From Candidatus Blochmanniella floridana (GTDB taxonomy: Bacteria; Pseudomonadota; Gammaproteobacteria; Enterobacterales; Enterobacteriaceae), in contig BX248583.1 of the NCBI GenBank assembly GCA_000043285.1, forward strand, positions 300,001-332,000: a stretch of 32,000 bases of DNA, written 5' to 3'. Of the stretch, positions 20,225-31,279 are shown piece after piece. Numbering within the stretch: the first letter of the stretch is position 1; each line of letters starts with the position of its first letter. The notes under the pieces were generated by a model. That model saw only the letters and a program-made list of their open reading frames with translations. It was not told the DNA's origin and did no database searches. Position numbers and translations under genes: made by a program.

Positions 20225-21577
20225 TTATATGTTAAATCTGTTTTTTAAATAATGAGTATTGATATTATTTCCTTGTATAAATTCTATATCATTCATAATT
20301 TTTAGATGTAATTCGATGTTAGTTTTAATTCCTTGAATAATTAATTCTGATAATGCATTTTTCATACGTGCTATAGCAATTTTACGTGTTTTTCCGAAAG
20401 AAATTAATTTCCCTATCATTGAGTCATAATATGCAGGTACCGTATAACCAGAATAAATATGAGATTCCCAGCGTACTCCAAATCCACCGGGAGAATGAAA
20501 ACGAGTAATACGACCTGCATTGGGTATAAAAGTGTACGGATCTTCTGCATTGATACGACATTCTATAGAATGTCCTAGTGTGGAAATTTCATGTTGTTTA
20601 ATGTTTAATGGATATCCTGAAGCAATTTTTAATTGTTTTCGTACCAAATCGATTCCAGTAATCATTTCAGTGATTGGATGTTCTACTTGGATACGTGTAT
20701 TCATTTCAATAAAGAAAAAATTTCCATTTTCATACAAAAATTCAAATGTACCTACTCCTCTGTAATTTATTTCTTGACAAACTTTAACACAACATTCTCC
20801 TATAAAAGTTCGCATTTCTGGTGTAATTCCCCATGCAGGTGTTTCTTCGATTATTTTTTGATGTCTTCTTTGTATAGAACAATCTCGTTCTGTTAAATAA
20901 ATGGCATTGCCTTTTCCATCAGATAAAATTTGTATTTCTATATGTCTTGATTGTGTTAAATATTGTTCTATATAAATGGTATCATTATTAAATATTTTTT
21001 TTGATTCTATTTGAGTTGTTTGTATAGCATTTTTTAGATCTGATTTGTTTGTTACAATACGCATTCCATGACCACCTCCTCCATAAGCTGATTTAATAAT
21101 AACTGGATAGTTAATATTTATGTTGTGATTATTGCAAAAATCAATGTTATTTATTTTTTTATTATTTTCATAATTCCATCCAGGAATAGGTTTTACTCCT
21201 GATTTTTTCATTACGGAAATAGCAGAAATTTTATTACCCATGAGACGAATAGTTTCAGGACTTGGACCGATAAATATAAAACCAGAACGTTCAACTTGTT
21301 CTGCAAAATCAGCATTTTCAGATAAAAATCCATATCCAGGATGAATTCCTGAAGCTCCAGTAATTTCTGCAGAAGAAATGATAGATGGAATATTCAGATA
21401 ACTATTTATGATTGGCGGTAATCCTATGCAAATAGTTTCATCAGATAAAAGAACATGTTTTAGATCGCGATCTATAGTAGAGTGTATAGCTACTGTTTTA
21501 ATTCCCAATTCTTTACAAGCACGTAAAATTCGTAATGCTATTTCTCCTCTATTTGCAATAACAATTTTACTTAACAT
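20225..21577 (-). CDS. accC: Biotin carboxylase subunit of acetyl-CoA carboxylase
   Basis: [51 protein letters not shown]-grasp [25 protein letters not shown] and [14 protein letters not shown] are near-identical to E. coli AccC. Confidence 0.98.
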   Translation of the reverse strand: MLSKIVIANRGEIALRILRACKELGIKTVAIHSTIDRDLKHVLLSDETICIGLPPIINSYLNIPSIISSAEITGASGIHPGYGFLSENADFAEQVERSGFIFIGPSPETIRLMGNKISAISVMKKSGVKPIPGWNYENNKKINNIDFCNNHNININYPVIIKSAYGGGGHGMRIVTNKSDLKNAIQTTQIESKKIFNNDTIYIEQYLTQSRHIEIQILSDGKGNAIYLTERDCSIQRRHQKIIEETPAWGITPEMRTFIGECCVKVCQEINYRGVGTFEFLYENGNFFFIEMNTRIQVEHPITEMITGIDLVRKQLKIASGYPLNIKQHEISTLGHSIECRINAEDPYTFIPNAGRITRFHSPGGFGVRWESHIYSGYTVPAYYDSMIGKLISFGKTRKIAIARMKNALSELIIQGIKTNIELHLKIMNDIEFIQGNNINTHYLKNRFNI

Positions 21578-21595
21578 TTTTAGCCTATTAAGAAA

Positions 21596-22030
21596 TTATT
21601 TTATTATTAATAATGGTTCATTAAATTCTACAGGTTGTCCATCATTGACTAAAATAGATTGCACTATACCAGTTTTATCTGATTGAATTTGATTCATAAC
21701 TTTCATAGCTTCAATAATACATAATATATCTCCTGATTTCACTGATTGCCCAATTGATACAAATGGTTTACTATTTGGGTTAGGAGATCTATAAAATATA
21801 CCTACTATAGGAGATCGAATTGTGTATGTGTTAGATATATTTTGTATTTGGCTATGATTGGTTTCTGATGTTTGTTCTATTTTAGAGACGGTGTTTGAGT
21901 TTGTTACTTTTGATGTTTGAGGTACGGATCGAATAATACGTATTGTTTTTTTTCCTTCAGAAATTTCTAATTTAGAAATACTAGATATTTCCACTAATTC
22001 TATTAATTTTTTTATTTTACGAATATCCAT
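21596..22030 (-). CDS. accB: Biotin carboxyl carrier protein of acetyl-CoA carboxylase
   Basis: MDIRKIKKLIELVEIS.. at the N-terminus and the biotinylation motif CIIEAMKVMNQIQSDK (E. coli EAMKMMNQIEADK). It sits immediately upstream of accC. Confidence 0.95.
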   Translation of the reverse strand: MDIRKIKKLIELVEISSISKLEISEGKKTIRIIRSVPQTSKVTNSNTVSKIEQTSETNHSQIQNISNTYTIRSPIVGIFYRSPNPNSKPFVSIGQSVKSGDILCIIEAMKVMNQIQSDKTGIVQSILVNDGQPVEFNEPLLIIK

Positions 22031-22065
22031 AATAATAAAATTACCATATTTAAATTTTTATATTA

Positions 22066-22506
22066 TTAGTTAATGGTTAAATATTTATAAGCCATATGTA
22101 AAGCAAAATGATAACCTTCTATTCCAAATCCGCAAATAAAACCAGTTGCAATATCAGAAAAATAAGAATGATGTCGAAATTTTTCTCTTTTATATATATT
22201 AGAAAGATGAACTTCAATAAAGTTTATGTTAACAGCAAGTAAAGCATCCCTTAATACTATACTAGTATGAGTAAGAGCTGCTGGATTAATTATAATAAAA
22301 TCTACATTTTTATAACTGTTATGTATACAATTGATTAATTCATGTTCTGCGTTAGATTGGAAATGATTTAAAATTATATTTAAAGAAACTGCAGTTTTTT
22401 TTAAAGATATAATTATATCAGATAAATTCTTGTATCCATATACTTCTGGTTCTCGAATTCCTAACAAATTTAAGTTTGGTCCATTTATTAGTAAAACCCT
22501 AAACAT
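22066..22506 (-). CDS. aroQ: 3-dehydroquinate dehydratase, type II
   Basis: [51 protein letters not shown] and [18 protein letters not shown] are the type II DHQase signature. The aroQ-accB-accC arrangement is common in gamma-proteobacteria. Confidence 0.93.
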
Positions 22507-22816
22507 ATTATTTATTAAATTATCTTAAAACGATTGTAAGTATGCATAATATCATAAAATTTTTTTGAAATAAATATAGATATGTTCATTTTTCCAATAG
22601 CGTCAAAGAATATTCTTTTATACGTTTTACCGATACGATTGATTAATCAAATATTTTTATCTTAAAAAGGAATAAAATACTACATATTAGTTGAAAATAT
22701 TATATTTTAAATAATTATGATTTATTCATTCAGAGATAATTGTATAAATTTGATTATATATTGTATAATTAACAATTAGTCTATTAATAATACGTGAAGT
22801 ATTTTATATAATATAG

Positions 22817-23896
<1,080 letters not shown>

Positions 23897-23983
23897 AAAA
23901 AATCGTATTATTTGATAATTATATCGTCATAATAAAATAAATAATTCTTATTATATTGTTATAACAATATTACAGGTGCGTGT

Positions 23984-24805
23984 GTGATGTCTGGTTCTAT
24001 TAATAAGTCCCCGTATTTAGAATTACGTTTATTTATAGCGATATTAATGTCCGTAGTGATTCTTATTTCTGATGGGAAATTTAATTTATTTTCGACAATT
24101 AAGAATTATATAGAAAATTCTGTTTGTTGGCTTTGTCACTATTGTGATCGATCTTATTATATATTTAATCATGTGTCAAATGTTATAATTGGATACAAAA
24201 AATTAGTTTCAGAAAATGATGAATTACGTAAAGAATTATTTTACAAAAATAGTGAATTATTATTAATGAATCAATATAGACAAGAAAATATTAAATTGCA
24301 TTCGTTACTTAATTCTCCTATATGTAATAATAACGATCCGAAGTTAATTGCTAAAATTTTTTTTATTAGATCAAATCCATATGAACAACATGCATTAATT
24401 AATCAAGGTATAAATAGTAATATATATATTGGTCAACCTGTAATAGCTGATTCTGGAGTGGTAGGTCAGGTGATTTCTGTAAATCAGTTTAGTAGTCGTG
24501 TTTTATTGATTTCTGATTTTAAACATGCTTTATCTGTTAAATTGAAACGTAATAATATACGTATGATATTAATGGGAGGTGGATATTCTTCAGAATTATA
24601 TGCGGAGTATCCAAGTAATTTTATTGATGTGAGTGTTGATGATATATTATTGACATCTGGATTGGATGGAAGATTTCCAGAAGGATATCCTGTTGCTAAA
24701 GTATCGAATATAGAAATTAATTCAGAAAAAGATTGTACTATCATTCAAGCAAGACCAATAGTTAATTGGAAAGATTTAAATTATGTTATATTAGTTTTTA
24801 AATAA
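23984..24805 (+). CDS. mreC: Rod-shape-determining protein MreC (lacks the long C-terminal tail of the E. coli protein)
   Basis: GTG 23984 is followed by ATG 23987, with AGGTG 8 nt upstream of the ATG. LELRLFIAILMSVVILISD, ENDELRKELFYKNSELLLMNQYRQEN, GQPVIADSGVVGQVISV, SRVLLISDFKHAL, LTSGLDGRFPEGYPVAKVS and TIIQARP match E. coli MreC. Confidence 0.93.
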   Translation: MMSGSINKSPYLELRLFIAILMSVVILISDGKFNLFSTIKNYIENSVCWLCHYCDRSYYIFNHVSNVIIGYKKLVSENDELRKELFYKNSELLLMNQYRQENIKLHSLLNSPICNNNDPKLIAKIFFIRSNPYEQHALINQGINSNIYIGQPVIADSGVVGQVISVNQFSSRVLLISDFKHALSVKLKRNNIRMILMGGGYSSELYAEYPSNFIDVSVDDILLTSGLDGRFPEGYPVAKVSNIEINSEKDCTIIQARPIVNWKDLNYVILVFK

Positions 24806-24844
24806 TTATTATTTGTAATAGTATTCATTATGTACTGTAAATAA

Positions 24845-25333
24845 ATGTATAATTTTTATATTTATAAAATTTGTAATATTTATTGTTCTTTCGCTGTAGC
24901 GATAATATTACAGTATGTGCTTTTTTTTTCAATAACATGGTACTTACAACCATCTTGGACTATGATGTTATTGATTTATTGGATTGTTTTAATACCAAAT
25001 AAAATAAATATAGGAACTGGATTTTTTTTAGGATTAATATTAGATTGTATATCTTGTTCTACTTTAGGTATACAAACTTTATCTATGAGTATAATCAGTT
25101 ATTTAACTATACGAAAAATATATCTTTTTCGTCATACTTATGTGTGGCAACAATCTATTTTTATTGTATTATTTTCCTTTATTAATCAAAATATCAAATT
25201 TTTAATACAGTTTTTAATGTTTTCAGTTTCATATTCACCAAAAATTTTTTATAATTGTATATTAGATGGGATAATGTGGCCTGTATTAATTTTTTTGATA
25301 CATAAAATCAATAACAGTAGCAAAATATGTTGA
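24845..25333 (+). CDS. mreD: Rod-shape-determining protein MreD
   Basis: 162 aa polytopic membrane protein. LQPSWTMMLLIYWIVLIPNKINIGTGFFLGLILDCISCSTLGIQTLSMSIISYL matches E. coli [54 protein letters not shown]. It follows mreC. Confidence 0.93.
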   Translation: MYNFYIYKICNIYCSFAVAIILQYVLFFSITWYLQPSWTMMLLIYWIVLIPNKINIGTGFFLGLILDCISCSTLGIQTLSMSIISYLTIRKIYLFRHTYVWQQSIFIVLFSFINQNIKFLIQFLMFSVSYSPKIFYNCILDGIMWPVLIFLIHKINNSSKIC

Positions 25334-25619
25334 TTTTATGATGTTAGTGTATTAATATCAGCTAGTTTGGGTTTCATCATCAATGTTATAATGAATAGTT
25401 TTGTGTTGAGTATACTTTAGTAAAAAGTCTAACCAATAATAGTAATATAAGATTTTGTATTTTATATATTGAATATAAATTTGTATATAGTATTATTATT
25501 TGTGTAGGGTTTTTATTATTTTGATAGATAGTTAGATATTAATTATTCGCAGCAATAGATAATTATACAAAGAAACAATGAAGTATAGATTAATTTATGA
25601 ATAAAAAAATGGGAATTTT

Positions 25620-27092
25620 ATGAATTTGGAATGTATTTATCAGCAGATTTTAATACCAAATAAATTGAAGCTGGATGATTTTAGATATTTATTAGAAATG
25701 ACTAATTATTGTAAAATAGATTATTCAGATGTGTATTGTCAATTATGTTTTCATGAAAATTGGATTCTTGAAGATAGTATTATTAAATCTGGATCCTATG
25801 ATATAACTCAAGGAGTTGGTATTAGGGTAATTGTAGGAGAGCAAACAGGATTCTCTTATACGAATCAGTTGACTCTTGATTCTTTAAAACTCAGTATGAA
25901 AAATGCTATTAGTATTGTAAATAATGATAATAATTTAAGTTTGAATTCTATTCAAAATAATAAATATATTTTTTCTCCAGAATCAAAACGGAGTTCTGTA
26001 TATCCTAATGTGAACCCATTATCTGATATGTCTAATGAAGAAAAAATTGAATTATTAATGAGAGTAGATAAAATTGCCCGTAGTGAAAATTCTTGTGTAA
26101 AAACTGTCCAAGCAACTTTATCAGGATTATATGAACAAATTTTAATAACTGCTACTGATGGGACGTTTGCAATAGATATGAGACCATTGATACGTTTATC
26201 TATATTAGTGCAAGTTGAAAGAGATGGACGACAGGAACAAGGTTTTAGCGGAGGAGGATGTAGATCAGGATATAGTTATTTGCTAAATAATTTTATTAAA
26301 GAAGAATTATGTATTGATTATTGGGCAAAAAAATCTGTTCAGATGGGTTTGTATAATCTTGAATCCGTGGAAGCTCCTGCAGGTACTATGCCGGTGATAT
26401 TAGGGCCAGGTTGGCCAGGTATATTGATACATGAAGCTGTGGGACATGGATTAGAAGCTGATTTTAATCGAAAAGGTAGTTCTGTATTTTCTAAAAAAAT
26501 TGGTATGCAAGTAGCTTCTGATTTATGTACTATAGTAGATGATGCTACTTGGGTAGGATCAAGAGGATCTTTAGCTATAGATGATGAAGGTACTCCTGGT
26601 CAATACAATATATTAATTCAAAATGGAATTTTAAAAGGATATATGCAAGATAAATTAAATGCAAAGTTAATGGGATCGTCTTCTACTGGAAATGGCAGAA
26701 GAGCATCTTATGCTGATTTACCTATACCGCGTATGACTAATACTTATATGTTACCTGGTGAATTTACTCCAGAAGAGATTATCAATAGTGTAGATTTTGG
26801 AATATATGCTACTAATTTTGGAGGTGGCCAAGTAGATATAACTTCAGGAAAATTTGTTTTTTCTGCTTCTGAAGCTTTCTTAATAGAAAAAGGACATATC
26901 ACTAAATCAATAAAAGGTGTCACTTTAATTGGATCAGGTATAGAAGTTATGCAAAGTATTTCTATGGTTGGTAATGACTTAAAATTAGATTCTGGAATTG
27001 GAATTTGCGTAAAAAATGGACAACATATTCCAGTAAACGTTGGGCAACCTACTATAAAATTGAATAAAATTACTGTTGGAGGGATTAATTAA
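25620..27092 (+). CDS. tldD: Metalloprotease TldD
   Basis: [40 protein letters not shown] (HExxxH site), [57 protein letters not shown] and [16 protein letters not shown] are near-identical to E. coli TldD. Confidence 0.97.
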   Translation: MNLECIYQQILIPNKLKLDDFRYLLEMTNYCKIDYSDVYCQLCFHENWILEDSIIKSGSYDITQGVGIRVIVGEQTGFSYTNQLTLDSLKLSMKNAISIVNNDNNLSLNSIQNNKYIFSPESKRSSVYPNVNPLSDMSNEEKIELLMRVDKIARSENSCVKTVQATLSGLYEQILITATDGTFAIDMRPLIRLSILVQVERDGRQEQGFSGGGCRSGYSYLLNNFIKEELCIDYWAKKSVQMGLYNLESVEAPAGTMPVILGPGWPGILIHEAVGHGLEADFNRKGSSVFSKKIGMQVASDLCTIVDDATWVGSRGSLAIDDEGTPGQYNILIQNGILKGYMQDKLNAKLMGSSSTGNGRRASYADLPIPRMTNTYMLPGEFTPEEIINSVDFGIYATNFGGGQVDITSGKFVFSASEAFLIEKGHITKSIKGVTLIGSGIEVMQSISMVGNDLKLDSGIGICVKNGQHIPVNVGQPTIKLNKITVGGIN

Positions 27093-27137
27093 TTAAATCA
27101 ATGTTATTATGAGATTTTATTATTGTATGAGGTTTTT

Positions 27138-28481
27138 ATGAATATAATTAATCAAGACATAGACAAACGCAGTGCTTTTTTAGAAAAAATAGTTTATCAA
27201 GCTTTAGAATTAACACGTAAATATTCTCAAGAATCAGAGGTTTCAATAATAAAAACTACAGGGATCACTGTTAATACTCTCGGAGAACGTATTGAAAATG
27301 CAGAATTTAATGATAATGAAGTTTTAAAAGTGATTGTTTTTTTGAATAAAAAAAAAGGTGTTGCTTTTTCAAATAATTTAAATATGCAGGCTGTAGTTGA
27401 TACAATTAATGCAGCAGTTAATATAGCGTCTTATACTTCTAAAGATAAGTGTTCTGGGATTTCAGATCAAGAGTTATTGTCATTTGATCCTATATATCTT
27501 GATTTATTACATCCAATTAAGTTAGATATAAATTTTGGTATTAAATTAGCATCACAAGCTGAAAAAATAGCATTACAATATGATAAACGGATTATTTGTA
27601 CAGAAGGAAGTAGATTTAATAGTTATGTTACTACTAAAGTATTTGGGAATAGTCATGGTATGTTAAGTAGTTATAGTAGTAGTCAACATGCGTTGTATTG
27701 TTCTGTTATTGCTGAAAGAGATGGAATTATGCAACAGAATTATGCTTATACATTGAATAGAGTATTTAATAAATTAAATACACCTGAATGGGTTGGGCAA
27801 GAATCTGCTCGTCGGGCTATAGCCCGATTGGGATCGAAAAAAATTAAAACTATGAAATCTAAGGTATTATTTGCATCTGAAATCGCTACTAGTTTATTTC
27901 AACATTTATCTAGTGCTATTCAAGGAAATAATGTTTATCGAAAATCTACTTTTTTGTTACATCAATTAGGGAAAAAAATTTTTCCATCATGGATTTCTAT
28001 AAAAGAATTACCTCATGTTTCTAGAGAATTAGGATCTGCTCCATTTGACAATGAAGGTGTTAAGACATCAAATAAATTAATTATTAAGAACGGAGTATTA
28101 AATAGTTGGTTACTAGATACTTATTCTGCTCGAAAAATTAATTTCAAAAATACAGGTAATTCTGGAGGTATTTATAATTGGTATGTTAGTTGTCACAATA
28201 TTAGTTTTTACGAATTAATAGAAGATATGCAACGTGGACTAATCGTGACTGATTTAATGGGACAAGGAGTAAATATTGTGACTGGACATTACTCAAGAGG
28301 TATATGTGGTTTTTGGGTGGAAAACGGTGAAATACAATATCCAGTTAATGAAGTAGCTATATCAGGAAATTTAATGGAAATGTTCTCCAATATTGTTGCT
28401 ATTAGCAATGATATTGAGACCCGTACTAATATTCGTTGTGGATCTGTGTTAATTGATTCTATGCAGATAGCAGGAATATAA
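27138..28481 (+). CDS. pmbA: Metalloprotease PmbA (TldE), partner of TldD
   Basis: ATG 27138 lies 5 nt after GAGG (27129-27132). The longest ORF starts at TTG 27123. KVFGNSHGML, TPEWVG, VYRKSTFLL, APFDNEGVKT, GHYSRGICGFWVENGEIQYPVNEVAISGNL, NDIETRTNIRCGSVL and MQIAG match E. coli PmbA. Confidence 0.96.
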   Translation: MNIINQDIDKRSAFLEKIVYQALELTRKYSQESEVSIIKTTGITVNTLGERIENAEFNDNEVLKVIVFLNKKKGVAFSNNLNMQAVVDTINAAVNIASYTSKDKCSGISDQELLSFDPIYLDLLHPIKLDINFGIKLASQAEKIALQYDKRIICTEGSRFNSYVTTKVFGNSHGMLSSYSSSQHALYCSVIAERDGIMQQNYAYTLNRVFNKLNTPEWVGQESARRAIARLGSKKIKTMKSKVLFASEIATSLFQHLSSAIQGNNVYRKSTFLLHQLGKKIFPSWISIKELPHVSRELGSAPFDNEGVKTSNKLIIKNGVLNSWLLDTYSARKINFKNTGNSGGIYNWYVSCHNISFYELIEDMQRGLIVTDLMGQGVNIVTGHYSRGICGFWVENGEIQYPVNEVAISGNLMEMFSNIVAISNDIETRTNIRCGSVLIDSMQIAGI

Positions 28482-28774
28482 TAATTAGAATTTGTAGTGA
28501 TATTCTTTATATATTATGTAATAGCATTTTCTTAATGCATATTATTTTTATATATTATAGCAAAAGATGTTTTTGTTTTGATTAAATTTTCTGTTCAATC
28601 TTTTTATAAATTTATGAATGAAAAATTATTAATATTCAGTATGATATTACGTAATTGTAAGAGATATAATGATAATTGTATTAAAAATAATTCATTTTTT
28701 ACAGTATAAATGTGTAAATAATTTGTTTGAATGAAATGAATGTGTATTATTCTTTTAATACATTCTACTTACTG

Positions 28775-28801
28775 TTGAATATAATTAATCTGTCCCCATA
28801 T
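28775..28801 (+). promoter_or_regulatory. Sigma-32 (RpoH) heat-shock promoter of lon
   Basis: TTGAA (28775-28779), a 14-nt spacer, then CCCCATAT (28794-28801). This fits the sigma-32 consensus (C)TTGAA - 13-15 nt - CCCCATNT. As I recall it, the E. coli lon heat-shock promoter has the same arrangement (GTTGAAT - 13 nt - CCCCATATA). The CCCC run stands out in AT-rich spacer DNA. The promoter lies 86 nt upstream of the lon ATG. Confidence 0.7.
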
Positions 28802-28886
28802 GGTTAATATCTGATGATTAAACATAGCGCAGCCGAGTATTTAATATTATTATAAGCTGGCAAGCTAAATAAAGAGAGACAGCTCT

Positions 28887-31223
28887 ATGAATACTAAGCA
28901 AATTGAGCGCGTAGATATTCCAGTTTTACCCCTGCGTGATGTGGTTGTATATCCACATATGGTGATACCATTGTTTGTAGGTCGAGAAAAGTCTATTAGA
29001 TGTCTGGAATCTGCTATGGATAGTGATAAGAAAATTATGTTAGTAGCTCAAAAAGAAGCATCTACTGATGAGCCTAGTATTGATGATTTGTTTTTAGTTG
29101 GAACAATATCTAGTATTTTGCAAATGTTGAAGTTACCGGATGGTACAGTAAAAGTATTGGTAGAGGGCTTGATGAGAGCTAGAATCGTGGAATTAACAGA
29201 TACTGGTAATTATTTTCAGGCTGGAGCAAATTATTTCGATATTCAACAACAATTAGATGCTCAAGAACAAGTAGTATTAATGAGAGCTGTAATTCATCAA
29301 TTTGAAGGATATATTAAATTAAATAAAAAGATTCCCCCTGAGATTTTAACATCTTTGCATAATATTAACGATGCAGATCGATTAGCGGATACTATTGCTG
29401 CTCATATGCCTCTGAAATTAAATGATAAACAGTCTGTATTGGAAATGTCAAATGTTACAGAACGTTTAGAATATTTAATAGCAATAATGGAATCTGAAAT
29501 CGAATTGTTGCAAGTAGAAAAAAGAATTCGTAATCGAGTAAAAAAACAAATGGAGAAAAGTCAGCGGGAGTATTATTTAAATGAACAAATAAAAGCTATT
29601 CAAAAAGAATTAGGAGAGATGGATAATATTATTGATGAAAATGAATCTATAAAACGGAAAATAGAATCAGCTAAAATGCCGAAAGATGCACGTATTAAAG
29701 TAGAATCAGAATTACAAAAATTAAAGATGATGCCTCCTATGTCATCAGAAGCTACTGTTGTGCGCGGATATATTGATTGGATGTTATCTGTTCCTTGGCA
29801 TTCTAGAAGTAAAATAAAAAAAGATCTTATTAAAGCTCAAGAAAGTTTAGATAAGGATCATTATGGTTTAAAGAAAGTTAAAGATCGTGTATTAGAATAT
29901 TTAGCAGTTCAAAACAGAATTAATAAAATTAGAGGTCCTATTTTATGTTTAGTAGGTCCGCCTGGAGTAGGAAAAACCTCTCTTGGTCAGTCTATCGCTA
30001 AAGCTACTGGTCGAAAATATGTACGTATGGCATTAGGTGGTATGCGTGATGAAGCAGAAATTCGAGGACATCGAAGAACTTACATTGGTTCTATGCCTGG
30101 TAAGTTAATACAAAAAATGTCTAAAATCGGAGTGAAGAATCCTTTATTTTTATTAGATGAAATTGATAAAATGTCTCTTGATATGCGTGGAGATCCAGCT
30201 TCTGCTTTATTAGAAGTATTAGATCCAGAACAAAATGTTGCTTTTAATGACCATTATTTAGAAGTAGATTATGATTTATCTGATGTTATGTTTGTGGCTA
30301 CTTCTAATTCTATGAATATCCCGAGTCCTTTATTAGATAGAATGGAAATAATTCGTTTATCTGGATATACTGAAGAGGAAAAATTAAATATAGCACGTCG
30401 ACATTTGTTATCCAAACAAATAGAACGTAATGCTTTAAAACCAGGTGAATTAGTCATTACAGATAGCGCTTTAATCAGTATTATTCGTTATTATACTAGA
30501 GAAGCAGGAGTGCGTAATTTAGAACGGGAAATTTCAAAATTATGCCGAAAGACAGTAAAAAGTTTGTTAATGAATAAAGAAATTACTTGTATAACAATTG
30601 ATGAGAAGAACTTAAAAGATTTTTTAGGGGTACAACGTTATGATTGTACTCACGCAATACAGGAAGATCGAATAGGACAAGCTACTGGATTAGCCTGGAC
30701 AGAAGTAGGAGGAGATTTATTGACTATAGAAACCGTATGTGTTCCTGGTAAAGGTAAATTAACATATACTGGATCTTTAGGAGAAGTTATGCAAGAATCG
30801 ATACAAGCAGCTTTAACTGTAGTACGTGCTCGAGCAGATAAATTAGGAATTAATACTGATTTTTATGAAAAAAAAGATATTCATGTTCATGTTCCAGAAG
30901 GTGCAACTCCTAAAGATGGTCCTAGCGCTGGTATTGCTATGTGCACTGCTTTAGTTTCATGTTTAACTGGTTATTCAGTTAAGGCTAATGTTGCAATGAC
31001 CGGAGAAATTACTTTAGGAGGTCAAATATTACCTATTGGAGGATTGAAAGAAAAGTTATTAGCAGCGCATAGAGGCGGAATTAAAACAGTATTAATTCCG
31101 TATGAAAATAAAAGAGATTTAGAGGATATGCCTGCGGTTGTTGTAGATAATTTAAATATTCATCCTGTAAAACAAATAGATGAAGTATTAACTTTAGCAT
31201 TACACAATATTTCTGTAGTATAA
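28887..31223 (+). CDS. lon: ATP-dependent Lon protease
   Basis: 778 aa. IPVLPLRDVVVYPHMVIPLFVGREKSI, Walker A LVGPPGVGKTSLG, Walker B LFLLDEIDK, the catalytic Ser context PKDGPSAGIAMCTALVS and Lys context MTGEITLGGQILPIGGLKEKLLAAHRGG. Collinear with E. coli Lon. Confidence 0.99.
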   Translation: MNTKQIERVDIPVLPLRDVVVYPHMVIPLFVGREKSIRCLESAMDSDKKIMLVAQKEASTDEPSIDDLFLVGTISSILQMLKLPDGTVKVLVEGLMRARIVELTDTGNYFQAGANYFDIQQQLDAQEQVVLMRAVIHQFEGYIKLNKKIPPEILTSLHNINDADRLADTIAAHMPLKLNDKQSVLEMSNVTERLEYLIAIMESEIELLQVEKRIRNRVKKQMEKSQREYYLNEQIKAIQKELGEMDNIIDENESIKRKIESAKMPKDARIKVESELQKLKMMPPMSSEATVVRGYIDWMLSVPWHSRSKIKKDLIKAQESLDKDHYGLKKVKDRVLEYLAVQNRINKIRGPILCLVGPPGVGKTSLGQSIAKATGRKYVRMALGGMRDEAEIRGHRRTYIGSMPGKLIQKMSKIGVKNPLFLLDEIDKMSLDMRGDPASALLEVLDPEQNVAFNDHYLEVDYDLSDVMFVATSNSMNIPSPLLDRMEIIRLSGYTEEEKLNIARRHLLSKQIERNALKPGELVITDSALISIIRYYTREAGVRNLEREISKLCRKTVKSLLMNKEITCITIDEKNLKDFLGVQRYDCTHAIQEDRIGQATGLAWTEVGGDLLTIETVCVPGKGKLTYTGSLGEVMQESIQAALTVVRARADKLGINTDFYEKKDIHVHVPEGATPKDGPSAGIAMCTALVSCLTGYSVKANVAMTGEITLGGQILPIGGLKEKLLAAHRGGIKTVLIPYENKRDLEDMPAVVVDNLNIHPVKQIDEVLTLALHNISVV

Positions 31224-31279
31224 TTAATATGTATGAGATTAAGTTTTAACATCCATTAAAAATACATGGTAGTGTGTTT

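Noticed and set aside
20520-21686. Three plus-strand ORFs (20520..20765, 20633..20896, 21408..21686) overlapping accC and the end of accB
   Set aside because: All are antisense to highly conserved accC/accB coding sequence and have no recognisable motifs. They are shadow ORFs.
24484-24744. 86-aa minus-strand ORF inside mreC
   Set aside because: It is antisense to the conserved C-terminal beta domain of mreC and has no homology.
28614-28709. 31-codon ATG ORF (MNEKLLIFSMILRNCKRYNDNCIKNNSFFTV) in the pmbA-lon spacer
   Set aside because: It has no ribosome-binding site, its composition matches random AT-rich DNA, and it shows no homology.
30269-30457. 62-aa minus-strand ORF inside lon
   Set aside because: It is antisense to the conserved lon AAA+ region. 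It is a shadow ORF.
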